Shown piece by piece: positions 11,045 through 21,855 of a stretch of 64,000 nt of DNA (position 1 is its first letter; every line of letters begins with the position of its first letter). Where the stretch lies: NCBI RefSeq assembly GCF_030384885.1, contig NZ_CP128613.1; one strand, written 5' to 3'. The notes beneath the pieces are model-generated. The model was not told the origin of the DNA. It made no database searches and saw only the letters and a list, made by a program, of their open reading frames with translations. The stretch is from Escherichia coli (GTDB lineage Bacteria > Pseudomonadota > Gammaproteobacteria > Enterobacterales > Enterobacteriaceae). The translations under genes were made by a program, and so were the position numbers.

Positions 11045-13696
11045 ATGAACGAACAATATTCCGCATTGCGTAGTAATGTCAGTATGCTCGGCAAAGTGCT
11101 GGGGGAAACCATCAAGGATGCGTTGGGAGAACACATTCTTGAACGCGTAGAAACTATCCGTAAGTTGTCCAAATCTTCACGCGCTGGCAATGATGCTAAC
11201 CGCCAGGAGTTGCTCACCACTTTACAAAATTTGTCGAACGACGAGCTGCTGCCCGTTGCGCGTGCGTTTAGTCAGTTCCTGAACCTGGCCAACACCGCTG
11301 AGCAATACCACAGCATTTCGCCGAAAGGCGAAGCTGCCAGCAACCCGGAAGTGATCGCCCGCACCCTGCGTAAACTGAAAAACCAGCCGGAACTGAGCGA
11401 AGACACCATCAAAAAAGCAGTTGAATCGCTGTCGCTGGAACTGGTCCTCACGGCTCACCCAACCGAAATTACCCGTCGTACGCTGATCCACAAAATGGTG
11501 GAAGTGAACGCCTGCTTAAAACAGCTCGACAACAAAGATATCGCCGACTACGAACATAACCAGCTGATGCGCCGCCTGCGCCAGTTGATCGCCCAGTCAT
11601 GGCATACCGATGAAATCCGTAAGCTGCGCCCAAGCCCGGTAGATGAGGCCAAATGGGGCTTTGCCGTAGTAGAAAACAGCCTGTGGCAAGGCGTACCGAA
11701 TTACCTGCGCGAACTGAACGAACAACTGGAAGAGAACCTCGGCTACAAACTACCCGTCGAATTTGTTCCGGTGCGTTTTACCTCGTGGATGGGCGGCGAC
11801 CGCGACGGAAACCCGAACGTCACTGCCGATATCACCCGCCACGTCCTGCTGCTCAGCCGCTGGAAAGCCACCGATCTGTTCCTGAAAGATATTCAAGTTC
11901 TGGTTTCTGAACTGTCGATGGTTGAAGCAACTCCGGAACTGCTGGCGCTGGTCGGCGAAGAAGGTGCCGCAGAACCGTATCGCTATCTGATGAAAAACCT
12001 GCGTTCCCGCTTGATGGCGACACAGGCATGGCTGGAAGCGCGCCTGAAAGGTGAAGAAGTACCAAAACCAGAGGGTCTGCTGACGCAGAACGAAGAACTG
12101 TGGGAGCCGCTCTACGCTTGCTACCAGTCCCTTCAGGCGTGTGGCATGGGTATTATTGCCAACGGCGATCTGCTCGACACCCTGCGCCGCGTGAAATGTT
12201 TCGGTGTACCGCTGGTCCGTATTGATATCCGTCAGGAGAGCACCCGTCATACCGAAGCGCTGGGCGAACTGACCCGCTACCTCGGCATCGGCGACTACGA
12301 AAGCTGGTCAGAGGCCGACAAACAGGCGTTCCTGATCCGCGAACTGAACTCCAAACGCCCTCTTCTGCCGCGTAACTGGCAACCGAGCGCCGAAACGCGC
12401 GAAGTACTTGATACCTGTCAGGTAATTGCTGAAGCACCGCAAGGTTCCATTGCCGCCTACGTGATCTCGATGGCAAAAACGCCGTCCGACGTCCTGGCTG
12501 TACACCTGCTGCTGAAAGAAGCGGGTATTGGATTTGCGATGCCGGTTGCACCGCTGTTTGAAACCCTTGATGACCTGAACAACGCCAACGATGTCATGAC
12601 CCAGTTGCTCAATATCGACTGGTATCGCGGCCTGATTCAGGGCAAACAGATGGTGATGATTGGCTATTCCGACTCAGCAAAAGATGCGGGGGTGATGGCG
12701 GCTTCCTGGGCGCAATATCAGGCACAGGATGCATTAATCAAAACCTGCGAAAAAGCGGGTATTGAACTGACGCTGTTCCACGGCCGCGGCGGTTCCATTG
12801 GTCGCGGCGGCGCACCTGCCCATGCGGCGCTGCTGTCACAACCGCCAGGAAGCCTGAAAGGCGGCCTTCGCGTGACCGAACAGGGCGAGATGATCCGCTT
12901 TAAATATGGTCTGCCAGAAATCACTGTTAGCAGCCTGTCGCTGTACACCGGGGCAATTCTGGAAGCCAACCTGCTGCCACCGCCGGAGCCGAAAGAGAGC
13001 TGGCGTCGCATTATGGATGAACTGTCAGTCATCTCCTGCGATCTCTACCGTGGCTACGTACGTGAAAACAAAGATTTTGTGCCGTACTTCCGCTCCGCTA
13101 CGCCGGAACAAGAGCTGGGCAAACTGCCGTTGGGTTCACGTCCGGCGAAACGTCGCCCGACCGGCGGCGTCGAGTCACTGCGCGCCATTCCGTGGATTTT
13201 TGCCTGGACACAAAACCGCCTGATGCTCCCCGCCTGGCTGGGTGCAGGTACGGCGCTGCAAAAAGTGGTCGAAGATGGCAAGCAGAGCGAACTGGAAGCC
13301 ATGTGCCGCGACTGGCCATTCTTCTCGACGCGTCTCGGCATGCTGGAGATGGTCTTCGCCAAAGCAGACCTGTGGCTGGCGGAATACTATGATCAACGTC
13401 TGGTAGACAAAGCATTGTGGCCGTTAGGTAAAGAGTTACGTAATCTGCAAGAAGAAGACATCAAAGTGGTGCTGGCGATTGCCAACGATTCTCACCTGAT
13501 GGCCGATCTGCCGTGGATTGCGGAGTCTATTCAGCTGCGAAATATTTACACCGACCCACTGAACGTATTGCAGGCCGAGTTGCTGCACCGCTCCCGCCAG
13601 GCAGAAAAAGAAGGCCAGGAACCGGATCCTCGCGTCGAGCAAGCGTTAATGGTTACTATTGCCGGGATTGCGGCAGGTATGCGTAATACCGGCTAA
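11045..13696 (+). CDS. ppc: Phosphoenolpyruvate carboxylase
   Basis: 883 aa, [36 protein letters not shown]...; C-terminal ...GMRNTG. Confidence 0.97.
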   Translation: MNEQYSALRSNVSMLGKVLGETIKDALGEHILERVETIRKLSKSSRAGNDANRQELLTTLQNLSNDELLPVARAFSQFLNLANTAEQYHSISPKGEAASNPEVIARTLRKLKNQPELSEDTIKKAVESLSLELVLTAHPTEITRRTLIHKMVEVNACLKQLDNKDIADYEHNQLMRRLRQLIAQSWHTDEIRKLRPSPVDEAKWGFAVVENSLWQGVPNYLRELNEQLEENLGYKLPVEFVPVRFTSWMGGDRDGNPNVTADITRHVLLLSRWKATDLFLKDIQVLVSELSMVEATPELLALVGEEGAAEPYRYLMKNLRSRLMATQAWLEARLKGEEVPKPEGLLTQNEELWEPLYACYQSLQACGMGIIANGDLLDTLRRVKCFGVPLVRIDIRQESTRHTEALGELTRYLGIGDYESWSEADKQAFLIRELNSKRPLLPRNWQPSAETREVLDTCQVIAEAPQGSIAAYVISMAKTPSDVLAVHLLLKEAGIGFAMPVAPLFETLDDLNNANDVMTQLLNIDWYRGLIQGKQMVMIGYSDSAKDAGVMAASWAQYQAQDALIKTCEKAGIELTLFHGRGGSIGRGGAPAHAALLSQPPGSLKGGLRVTEQGEMIRFKYGLPEITVSSLSLYTGAILEANLLPPPEPKESWRRIMDELSVISCDLYRGYVRENKDFVPYFRSATPEQELGKLPLGSRPAKRRPTGGVESLRAIPWIFAWTQNRLMLPAWLGAGTALQKVVEDGKQSELEAMCRDWPFFSTRLGMLEMVFAKADLWLAEYYDQRLVDKALWPLGKELRNLQEEDIKVVLAIANDSHLMADLPWIAESIQLRNIYTDPLNVLQAELLHRSRQAEKEGQEPDPRVEQALMVTIAGIAAGMRNTG

Positions 13697-13712
13697 TCTT
13701 CCCCTCCTGCAA

Positions 13713-13742
13713 ACCCTCGTGCTTTTGCGCGAGGGTTTTCTG
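13713..13742 (+). terminator. Rho-independent terminator downstream of ppc
   Basis: Hairpin ccctcgtgc-tttt-gcgcgaggg followed by ttttc. Confidence 0.5.
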
Positions 13743-13877
13743 AAATACTTCTGTTCTAACACCCTCGTTTTCAATATATTTCTGTCTGCATTTTATTCAA
13801 ATTCTGGATATCCCTTCAGATATCCTTAAGGAATTGTCGTTACATTCGGCGATATTTTTTCAAGACAGGTTCTTACT

Positions 13878-15611
13878 ATGCATTCCACAGAAGTCCAGGC
13901 TAAACCTCTTTTTAGCTGGAAAGCCCTGGGTTGGGCACTGCTCTACTTTTGGTTTTTCTCTACTCTGCTACAGGCCATTATTTACATCAGTGGTTATAGT
14001 GGCACTAACGGCATTCGCGACTCGCTGTTATTCAGTTCGCTGTGGTTGATCCCGGTATTCCTCTTTCCGAAGCGGATTAAAATTATTGCCGCAGTAATCG
14101 GCGTGGTGCTATGGGCGGCCTCTCTGGCGGCGCTGTGCTACTACGTCATCTACGGTCAGGAGTTCTCGCAGAGCGTTCTGTTTGTGATGTTCGAAACCAA
14201 CACCAACGAAGCCAGCGAGTATTTAAGCCAGTATTTCAGCCTGAAAATTGTGCTTATCGCGCTGGCCTATACGGCAGTGGCAGTTCTGCTGTGGACACGC
14301 CTGCGCCCGGTCTATATTCCAAAGCCGTGGCGTTATGTTGTCTCTTTTGCCCTGCTTTATGGCTTGATTCTGCATCCGATCGCCATGAATACGTTTATCA
14401 AAAACAAGCCGTTTGAGAAAACGTTGGATAACCTGGCATCGCGTATGGAGCCTGCCGCACCGTGGCAATTCCTGACCGGCTATTATCAGTATCGTCAGCA
14501 ACTAAACTCGCTAACAAAGCTACTGAATGAAAATAATGCCTTGCCGCCGCTGGCTAATTTCAAAGATGAATCGGGTAACGAACCGCGCACCTTAGTGCTG
14601 GTGATTGGCGAGTCGACCCAGCGTGGACGCATGAGTCTGTACGGTTATCCGCGTGAAACCACGCCGGAGCTGGATGCGCTGCATAAAACCGATCCGAATC
14701 TGACCGTGTTTAATAACGTGGTGACGTCTCGTCCGTACACCATTGAAATCCTGCAACAGGCGCTGACTTTTGCCAATGAAAAGAACCCGGATCTGTATCT
14801 GACGCAGCCGTCGCTGATGAACATGATGAAACAGGCGGGTTATAAAACCTTCTGGATCACCAACCAGCAGACGATGACCGCCCGCAATACCATGCTGACG
14901 GTATTTTCGCGCCAGACCGACAAGCAGTACTACATGAACCAGCAACGTACGCAGAGTGCGCGTGAATACGACACCAACGTGCTGAAGCCGTTCCAGGAAG
15001 TACTGAATGACCCTGCGCCGAAGAAACTGATCATCGTTCATCTGCTGGGTACGCATATCAAATACAAATACCGCTACCCGGAAAATCAGGGCAAGTTTGA
15101 TGGCAATACCGATCATGTTCCGCCGGGACTAAGCGCAGAAGAGCTGGAGTCATATAACGATTATGATAACGCTAACCTGTATAACGATCATGTGGTTGCC
15201 AGCCTGATTAAAGACTTTAAAGCAGCAGACCCGAACGGTTTCCTGGTTTACTTCTCTGACCACGGTGAAGAGGTTTACGACACGCCGCCGCACAAAACTC
15301 AGGGGCGTAATGAGGACAACCCGACGCGTCATATGTACACCATTCCGTTCCTGCTGTGGACGTCAGAAAAATGGCAAGCGACTCATCCGCGTGATTTCTC
15401 GCAGGATGTTGATCGTAAATACAGCCTGGCGGAACTGATCCACACTTGGTCAGATTTGGCGGGCTTATCTTACGACGGTTACGATCCAACCCGTTCAGTG
15501 GTGAATCCGCAGTTCAAAGAAACTACCCGCTGGATTGGTAACCCGTACAAGAAAAACGCGCTGATCGATTACGACACTCTGCCGTATGGCGATCAGGTGG
15601 GTAATCAGTAA
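13878..15611 (+). CDS. eptC: Phosphoethanolamine transferase (sulfatase-fold inner-membrane enzyme)
   Basis: 577 aa; N-terminal transmembrane helices plus periplasmic sulfatase-like domain; matches YijP/EptC as recalled. Confidence 0.9.
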   Translation: MHSTEVQAKPLFSWKALGWALLYFWFFSTLLQAIIYISGYSGTNGIRDSLLFSSLWLIPVFLFPKRIKIIAAVIGVVLWAASLAALCYYVIYGQEFSQSVLFVMFETNTNEASEYLSQYFSLKIVLIALAYTAVAVLLWTRLRPVYIPKPWRYVVSFALLYGLILHPIAMNTFIKNKPFEKTLDNLASRMEPAAPWQFLTGYYQYRQQLNSLTKLLNENNALPPLANFKDESGNEPRTLVLVIGESTQRGRMSLYGYPRETTPELDALHKTDPNLTVFNNVVTSRPYTIEILQQALTFANEKNPDLYLTQPSLMNMMKQAGYKTFWITNQQTMTARNTMLTVFSRQTDKQYYMNQQRTQSAREYDTNVLKPFQEVLNDPAPKKLIIVHLLGTHIKYKYRYPENQGKFDGNTDHVPPGLSAEELESYNDYDNANLYNDHVVASLIKDFKAADPNGFLVYFSDHGEEVYDTPPHKTQGRNEDNPTRHMYTIPFLLWTSEKWQATHPRDFSQDVDRKYSLAELIHTWSDLAGLSYDGYDPTRSVVNPQFKETTRWIGNPYKKNALIDYDTLPYGDQVGNQ

Positions 15612-15685
15612 ATGACCGTTGTATCGCGTCTGGCGCTATTTGCCGGATGCGATACTGGCACAATGTTTACATCGCACTCCCATCA

Positions 15686-15712
15686 GGCCACACTTTTCAG
15701 GTGGCCTTTTTT
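15686..15712 (+). terminator. Terminator-like hairpin after eptC
   Basis: aggccacac-ttttc-aggtggcc followed by ttttttaat. Confidence 0.5.
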
Positions 15713-15759
15713 AATAATGCCAGTTACTGTTTTCCCGACTACCTACCTAAGGGAATAAC

Positions 15760-16611
15760 ATGTATCACGACGTCAGCTATCTGCTCTCCCGCCTGATAAA
15801 CGGCCCACTGTCGCTGCGCCAGATTTACTTTGCCAGCAGCAACGGCCCGGTGCCCGATCTTGCGTATCAGGTCGATTTTCCACGGCTGGAAATTGTGCTG
15901 GAAGGTGAGTTTGTTGATACCGGCGCTGGAGCAACGTTAGTTCCCGGCGATGTGCTGTACGTTCCCGCTGGTGGCTGGAATTTTCCACAATGGCAAGCCC
16001 CCGCCACTACCTTTAGCGTGCTGTTTGGCAAACAGCAACTCGGCTTCAGCGTCGTGCAATGGGATGGCAAACAATATCAAAATCTGGCGAAGCAACACGT
16101 CGCCCGACGCGGCCCGCGCATTGGTTCTTTTCTGCTACAAACGCTCAATGAAATGCAAATGCAGTCGCAAGAGCAGCAAACGGCAAGGCTTATCGTCGCC
16201 AGCCTGCTTAGCCACTGCCGCGATTTGCTTGGCAGCCAAATCCAGACCGCCTCACGCAGCCAGGCACTGTTCGAAGCTATTCGTGATTATATCGACGAAC
16301 GCTATGCCTCCGCGCTTACCCGCGAATCTGTCGCACAGGCATTCTATATTTCGCCAAATTACCTCTCGCACCTGTTTCAAAAAACGGGGGCCATTGGTTT
16401 TAACGAATACCTGAATCACACGCGACTGGAGCACGCTAAGACGTTATTGAAAGGCTATGACCTGAAGGTAAAAGAAGTGGCGCACGCCTGCGGCTTTGTC
16501 GACAGCAACTACTTCTGCCGTCTGTTTCGTAAAAACACCGAACGCTCGCCGTCGGAATATCGCCGGCAGTACCACAGCCAACTGACAGAAAAACCGACTA
16601 CTCCAGAATAA
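15760..16611 (+). CDS. yijO: AraC/XylS-family transcriptional regulator
   Basis: 283 aa, C-terminal AraC-type HTH (…YLSHLFQKTGAIGFNEYLNHTRLEHAKTLL…). Confidence 0.85.
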   Translation: MYHDVSYLLSRLINGPLSLRQIYFASSNGPVPDLAYQVDFPRLEIVLEGEFVDTGAGATLVPGDVLYVPAGGWNFPQWQAPATTFSVLFGKQQLGFSVVQWDGKQYQNLAKQHVARRGPRIGSFLLQTLNEMQMQSQEQQTARLIVASLLSHCRDLLGSQIQTASRSQALFEAIRDYIDERYASALTRESVAQAFYISPNYLSHLFQKTGAIGFNEYLNHTRLEHAKTLLKGYDLKVKEVAHACGFVDSNYFCRLFRKNTERSPSEYRRQYHSQLTEKPTTPE

Positions 16612-16939
16612 GATGGGTTTGCTGCGGCGCAGAAAGCACTTTGCGCACCGCGCTCATTACCCGCTGCGGCTCACGCAGGAATGCGTAGATGCTGCATTGC
16701 ACATAGCGGCAATGTTCAAATCGCTCGGCACCGGCAAGCTCGATATCCGTAATCAACAGCGCAACATCCGCCCGACGGATATCCTCGTCCGCTAAACGAT
16801 TCTCCGTCCCCAGCGCGCCCTGAGTTTCAATGCTGACGCCCCACTTCTCTAACTGGCACAACTTTTCCAGCCGTTCCGCCGCCATATAAGTATGCGCCAC
16901 GCCACTGACGCAGGCGGTTACTGCCACCAGGTATGCCAT
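16598..16939 (-). CDS. frwD: PTS fructose-like EIIB component
   Basis: MAYLVAVTACVSGVAHTYMAAERLEK...; start at ATG 16937-16939 after AGG RBS; 113 aa. Confidence 0.85.
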   Translation of the reverse strand: MAYLVAVTACVSGVAHTYMAAERLEKLCQLEKWGVSIETQGALGTENRLADEDIRRADVALLITDIELAGAERFEHCRYVQCSIYAFLREPQRVMSAVRKVLSAPQQTHLILE

Positions 16940-16940
16940 T

Positions 16941-17819
16941 TTAACCTCCCACGGTAACCTGAAATCCGGCCCGTTCTGCCATTTCGCGCATCGTTGCCAC
17001 ATCGGCTGACGACGGCGCTGGCACCTCTTTCATCGACCATGTTTTCCCCAGCAGACGGTATTTTGGTTCGCCGTACTGATGAAACGGTAACAGATGGATC
17101 TGCCTGATATTCAGCGGGATCAGCACGTCCAGCGCCTGCTGCATATTCTCCCGGCTGAGTGTGAAACCAGGGATCAGCGGTAAACGCGGGGTCACGTTGA
17201 CACCCTCACTCACCAGCAAACGCAAGTTCTCCAGCACGCGTGGCAAGTTCATCTTCACCACATCCCGCGCCTGAGTCACGTCCATAATTTTTAAATCGAA
17301 CAACACTTCATCGCACAATTTCGCCAGCGGTAACAACTTGCTGGTCGGCGCGTCTCCGGCAGTTTCGATAGCGCATGACACGCCCCACAGACGAAGTCGC
17401 TGTAAAAAACGGGTAGCAAACTCCGCCTGCATTAACACTTCGCCGCCAGAAAGCGTGACGCCGCCGCCGGACGCGCGAAAGAAAATGTCATCTTTCATCA
17501 CTTCCCGCTCCAGCGCGTCAAGGCTGATATCGCGACCAATCCGTTCAAACGCACCGGAAGGGCATTCATCCGCATCACGCAAACATTTCGCGCAGTGCAG
17601 GCATTTCGCCTCTCTGCGTACCGTCTGGATTTTGCCGGAGATCGACTCCGGATTAGCACACCACGGGCAAAGATGCGGGCAGCCTTTAAAAAAGACCACC
17701 GTACGAATGCCCTCGCCGTCATTCAGTGAATAACGCTGAATGTTGAAAATGCGCGCCACATCATTGCGGCGCGTTTCCACAACGTTACAGCTGATGCGCT
17801 GTCCGGCGGATGATGTCAT
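16941..17819 (-). CDS. pflC: Pyruvate formate-lyase 2 activating enzyme (radical SAM)
   Basis: CPHLCPWC radical-SAM cysteine motif; start set at internal Met (MTSSAGQRIS..., 292 aa). Confidence 0.85.
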   Translation of the reverse strand: MTSSAGQRISCNVVETRRNDVARIFNIQRYSLNDGEGIRTVVFFKGCPHLCPWCANPESISGKIQTVRREAKCLHCAKCLRDADECPSGAFERIGRDISLDALEREVMKDDIFFRASGGGVTLSGGEVLMQAEFATRFLQRLRLWGVSCAIETAGDAPTSKLLPLAKLCDEVLFDLKIMDVTQARDVVKMNLPRVLENLRLLVSEGVNVTPRLPLIPGFTLSRENMQQALDVLIPLNIRQIHLLPFHQYGEPKYRLLGKTWSMKEVPAPSSADVATMREMAERAGFQVTVGG

Positions 17820-20082
17820 CCTGGATCTCCTTCGACAATTCAACAAAGAAGGCGCTGTATCCGGCTACGCGCACCACCAGCCCGGCATAGTCCTGTGGGC
17901 GCTGTTGGGCTTCCCGCAACGTGTCAGCGTTCACCACGTTAAACTGAATATGCTGCAACTTAAGCTGGGTAAATGCCCGTAAGAAGTCGGCTAGTTTGCG
18001 TAATCCCGCTTCACCTTCCAGGGTCGCCGGAGTGAATTTCACGTTCAGCAACGTACCGTTAGAAAGCAGCGTGTTATCGAGCTTGCTGACTGATTTCAGT
18101 ACCGCCGTTGGTCCTTGTGCATCCTGGCCCAGCATGGGAGACAAACCACCGTCTGCCAGTTGTTCCCCGGCAAAACGGCCGTCTGGCGTCGCACCAACCA
18201 CCGATCCCAACGGGACGTGAGCAGAAACGGTATACGATCCCGGCGTGAAGTAGCCGCCGCGCGGGTTCTGGTATTTTTCCACTTCTTTGCAGTAATGACG
18301 CAGGAGTTCGGCGCTAATGTTATCCACCTCGTCGATATCGTTACCGTATTTCTCAAAGCGGTTAATTAAGCGAGCGCGGACTTTTTCGCCTTCTGGCGTT
18401 GCGAAGTTGGCTTTTAATACCGACAGCAATTCGTCAAAACTTAAACGCTGTTGCTCAAAAACCATCCCTTTCAACGCATGGAGAGAATCGCTCAGGTTGG
18501 CGATACCGATCCCCTGTACGCCGGAGAAGTTATAACGCGCGCCGCCATCGGTAATATCGCGGCCTTTTTCCAGACAATCGCTGATAAACGACGAGAGCAG
18601 CGGTACAGGGGCCCAGTCACGGTGACCGATATCACAAATATTGCTGCCTTCAACCATCAGGGTGATGTAGTGGCTGATCTTGGCGCGGATCTGTTCCAGC
18701 AAACCTTCATAACTCAGCGTGGCATTACCTTCATTTTCATGCAGGCAGATTTCCATCACTTTCAGCAGGTTAAACATCGCGATGTCATGCAGACCATAGG
18801 TTCTGCCAGGAATAGATAACTCCACGCAACCCACTACGGAATAATCGCGCGCATCTTCCAGCGAAACGCCACGATTGAGGAACGCTGGCACCACCACTTC
18901 ATCGTTGAAGATTTGCGGAATACCCGTGCCGAGGCGAATGGTTTCTGCGGTTATCATCAGGAACGGCGTGTCGATCAAGGCGTTAGTGCGCACACCCAGG
19001 TTCGGTTGTGGTAATTGCACGCTTTGATAGGCATCGAGGCAAAGGAACGAAAGCACGTTCACCGCGCTACGTCCGTTTTCGGTTAACCCACCGAGCAGGG
19101 CGGTATAGCCGGTCGGGAAACCTGCGAAATAGCGCGCGCTGCTGGTGGAGCGCAACAGCACGATGTCGTTGCATTTCACCCATAAAGATTCGAGCAGTTC
19201 TTTCAGGAACGCCGGATCTTCGCCCTGGGTTAATGATGCCTGATAGAATGGCAACATATACTGGTCGAAGCGCCCTAAAGACAGCGAGCTGGCGTTGGAT
19301 TCGTATTGCAGAATGATGTTCATGTACCAGAACAACTGGCACGCTTGCCAGAACGTCTGCGGCTTATGTTCGGCGTTATGGCGGGAGATCTCCGCGATAG
19401 TCAGCAGTTCTTCGCGACGCTGGGCATCGGTGCAGTTTGCCGCCATCGTTTCCGCCAGTTCGGCGTAACGCAAAATGTGTTTCTGCGAGGCTTCGAGCAA
19501 TAACAGCGCAGCCTGATAAAAGTGATTCTCCGGCTGTTGCTGGCAATGTTGCTGCATCTGCGCCACCAGCTCACCCAGCCCGTGATTCAGCAGGCGCGGG
19601 TAATCAATAATGATGTGCCCCTGGCCTTTATCTGTCTGGTTGATACTGAAAATCTGCGTGCTGGTCGCGGCTTTTACTTCATCCGTCATCTGCCCGTTAA
19701 TGAAATCTTTCATCGAGCGTTTTTCCCAGTATGGGAACAGCTCTTCGCGGTAGATACGTTTATCTTCTTCACTAATGGCGAAGCGGTCCTGCGGTCGCGT
19801 CGGAAATTGATCCAGCTCTTTCAGCAGCCAGTAAGGGTCCATTTCCGGCGACATAATCCCGGCGCGCGGTTTTACGGTACGGTTACCAGCAATCAGTTCT
19901 TCATCACGAATCGAAATTTCAACATGTTCAAGGATATACGCTGTTGCTTTCGCCCGGCGCAATATCACTGGTTCGCCTTCGGTTTGCCGATGGCTGGCGG
20001 TATAAAGCAGCGCCCGCTCCAGCGAGATTTCACGGGTATTAGCAAACAGTGCAGTTTTAAGGCGAGAGATACGATTCGTCAT
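17785..20082 (-). CDS. pflD: Formate acetyltransferase 2 (glycyl-radical enzyme)
   Basis: 765 aa; C-terminal glycyl radical motif region ...VVRVAGYSAFF... Confidence 0.95.
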   Translation of the reverse strand: MTNRISRLKTALFANTREISLERALLYTASHRQTEGEPVILRRAKATAYILEHVEISIRDEELIAGNRTVKPRAGIMSPEMDPYWLLKELDQFPTRPQDRFAISEEDKRIYREELFPYWEKRSMKDFINGQMTDEVKAATSTQIFSINQTDKGQGHIIIDYPRLLNHGLGELVAQMQQHCQQQPENHFYQAALLLLEASQKHILRYAELAETMAANCTDAQRREELLTIAEISRHNAEHKPQTFWQACQLFWYMNIILQYESNASSLSLGRFDQYMLPFYQASLTQGEDPAFLKELLESLWVKCNDIVLLRSTSSARYFAGFPTGYTALLGGLTENGRSAVNVLSFLCLDAYQSVQLPQPNLGVRTNALIDTPFLMITAETIRLGTGIPQIFNDEVVVPAFLNRGVSLEDARDYSVVGCVELSIPGRTYGLHDIAMFNLLKVMEICLHENEGNATLSYEGLLEQIRAKISHYITLMVEGSNICDIGHRDWAPVPLLSSFISDCLEKGRDITDGGARYNFSGVQGIGIANLSDSLHALKGMVFEQQRLSFDELLSVLKANFATPEGEKVRARLINRFEKYGNDIDEVDNISAELLRHYCKEVEKYQNPRGGYFTPGSYTVSAHVPLGSVVGATPDGRFAGEQLADGGLSPMLGQDAQGPTAVLKSVSKLDNTLLSNGTLLNVKFTPATLEGEAGLRKLADFLRAFTQLKLQHIQFNVVNADTLREAQQRPQDYAGLVVRVAGYSAFFVELSKEIQDDIIRRTAHQL

Positions 20083-20132
20083 GAGGAACTCCTGTGGGGA
20101 AGCGAACCCGCCCTTGCGAGCGGGATAAGGAC

Positions 20133-20453
20133 TTAAGCGGTTTGTGCCAGGTGAGCTTCAATTTTGCTCATAATGGCGTCAGCGCGTTTTACCGCGTCGC
20201 TGATGTTGACGCGCACAATGGTCTTGCCAGCAAAACGCTCTTCAAACTTGATGCCGATATCTTTGGTCAGAATCACCATATCGGCGCTCGCCACGTCTTC
20301 CGCAGTCAGTTCATTTTCCAGACCAATCGAGCCCTGAGTTTCTACTTTCACTTCCCAACCTTTCGCTTTCGCAGCGCTTTCAAGCGCCTCTGCCGCCATA
20401 TAAGTATGGGCAACACCAGATGGACATGCGGTTACTGCAATAATTTTCGTCAT
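20133..20453 (-). CDS. frwB: PTS fructose-like EIIB component
   Basis: 106 aa, MTKIIAVTACPSGVAHTYMAAEALE... Confidence 0.9.
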   Translation of the reverse strand: MTKIIAVTACPSGVAHTYMAAEALESAAKAKGWEVKVETQGSIGLENELTAEDVASADMVILTKDIGIKFEERFAGKTIVRVNISDAVKRADAIMSKIEAHLAQTA

Positions 20454-20467
20454 GGCTCGTTCCTCAA

Positions 20468-21547
20468 TTAATTAATTTCAAAATCCAGATCCAGGTCGTC
20501 TTCCTTCTCATCAGTCGAAGGCCCATTTTTACGCGCCAGACTTTTCAGCACGTTCACACAAACTGCTGTCACTACTGCCCCGACAGCCACTGCGGCGATA
20601 TAACCCAGCTTGCCTTCAACCACAGGCAGCACAATCAGACCACCCCAGCCTGCATAGCACTGCGCACCGACCAGCGCCGCAGTCACTGCACCACAAACTG
20701 AACCGACCATGATGGAAGGAATGACACGCAGCGGATCGGCAGCGGCGAAAGGAATCGCCCCTTCAGTAACCCCAACACACCCCATCACCAACGCCGCTTT
20801 GCCGGTTTCGCGCTCTTCTGCAGAGAAATTTTTACGACCAATCAGCGTCGCCAGCCCCATGCCCAACGGTGGAACACAAATCCCCACGGCAGCAATGGCC
20901 ACCACGGTATAAACGCCCTGAGCCACACAGATCAGCATGAAGGCATAGGCCACTTTGTTAACCGGGCCGCCCATATCAAAGGCCAGCATCAATCCCATGA
21001 TCACCGCCAGCATCACTACGCTGCCTTGTTGCATGCCCTGAAGCCACTGGGTCAGGCTGTTGGTCAACGCCCCCACCGGCTCGCCCAGTCCCCACATCAT
21101 GACACCAGCGGTAATCAGTGTGCCGACGATCGGAATGATGAAGATTGGCATCACCGAGCGCAGAACTTTATGCACCGGAATTTTCTTCAGGTAATGCACC
21201 ACGATGCCGCCGATAATCCCGGCGATCAGCGCGCCAAAGAAGCCCGCACCAAAGCTGTTACCAACCCAGGCACCGATAGCGCACGGAGCCAGCGCAGAAC
21301 GTTCTGCAATGGAATAACCGATGTACGCTGCGAGGAAAGGCACCATCAGCGTCAACCCCGCAACGCCGATATCAAACAGTTTTTTTAGATTCGGATCGGC
21401 TACGGCATCCGGCACTGCGCCTTTGCCATACAACATGACGGAAACCGCCAGCAAAATACCGCCCGATACCACGAAGGGAATCATATGTGAAACGCCCGTC
21501 ATTAAATGCTGACGGGTATTTTTCAGGATCTGCACCAACTCATTCAT
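20468..21547 (-). CDS. frwC: PTS fructose-like EIIC permease
   Basis: Polytopic membrane protein; start set at internal Met (MNELVQILKNTRQ...). Confidence 0.85.
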   Translation of the reverse strand: MNELVQILKNTRQHLMTGVSHMIPFVVSGGILLAVSVMLYGKGAVPDAVADPNLKKLFDIGVAGLTLMVPFLAAYIGYSIAERSALAPCAIGAWVGNSFGAGFFGALIAGIIGGIVVHYLKKIPVHKVLRSVMPIFIIPIVGTLITAGVMMWGLGEPVGALTNSLTQWLQGMQQGSVVMLAVIMGLMLAFDMGGPVNKVAYAFMLICVAQGVYTVVAIAAVGICVPPLGMGLATLIGRKNFSAEERETGKAALVMGCVGVTEGAIPFAAADPLRVIPSIMVGSVCGAVTAALVGAQCYAGWGGLIVLPVVEGKLGYIAAVAVGAVVTAVCVNVLKSLARKNGPSTDEKEDDLDLDFEIN

Positions 21548-21855
21548 AAGCTGCTCCCGGGCTTGCAAAAGCCCATGTCCATATTTTTGATGGAGGAAAC
21601 AATAGGCAATCGCAGGCGGAGCAAACAGTGGATAAAAAGGCCATTTACTGGACTTTTGTAATATCAGTACAAAAATGCGATCCGCCTCATAACTTGCGAT
21701 AACCCGGAAGCATGCCGCAGAACGGCGTCTTGTGAGACGCGTCGCAAATTGACGGTTACATTACATTTGTCCAGCTTTTGGCAGATTTGTCACATGGCAG
21801 GCCGTTGCCGTGCGCTCTTATCCTGTAAACAGAAAACCGTACCGGGAGAGAGGCA

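Noticed and set aside
19522-20136. 204-aa plus-strand ORF
   Set aside because: Antisense within pflD; no independent support.
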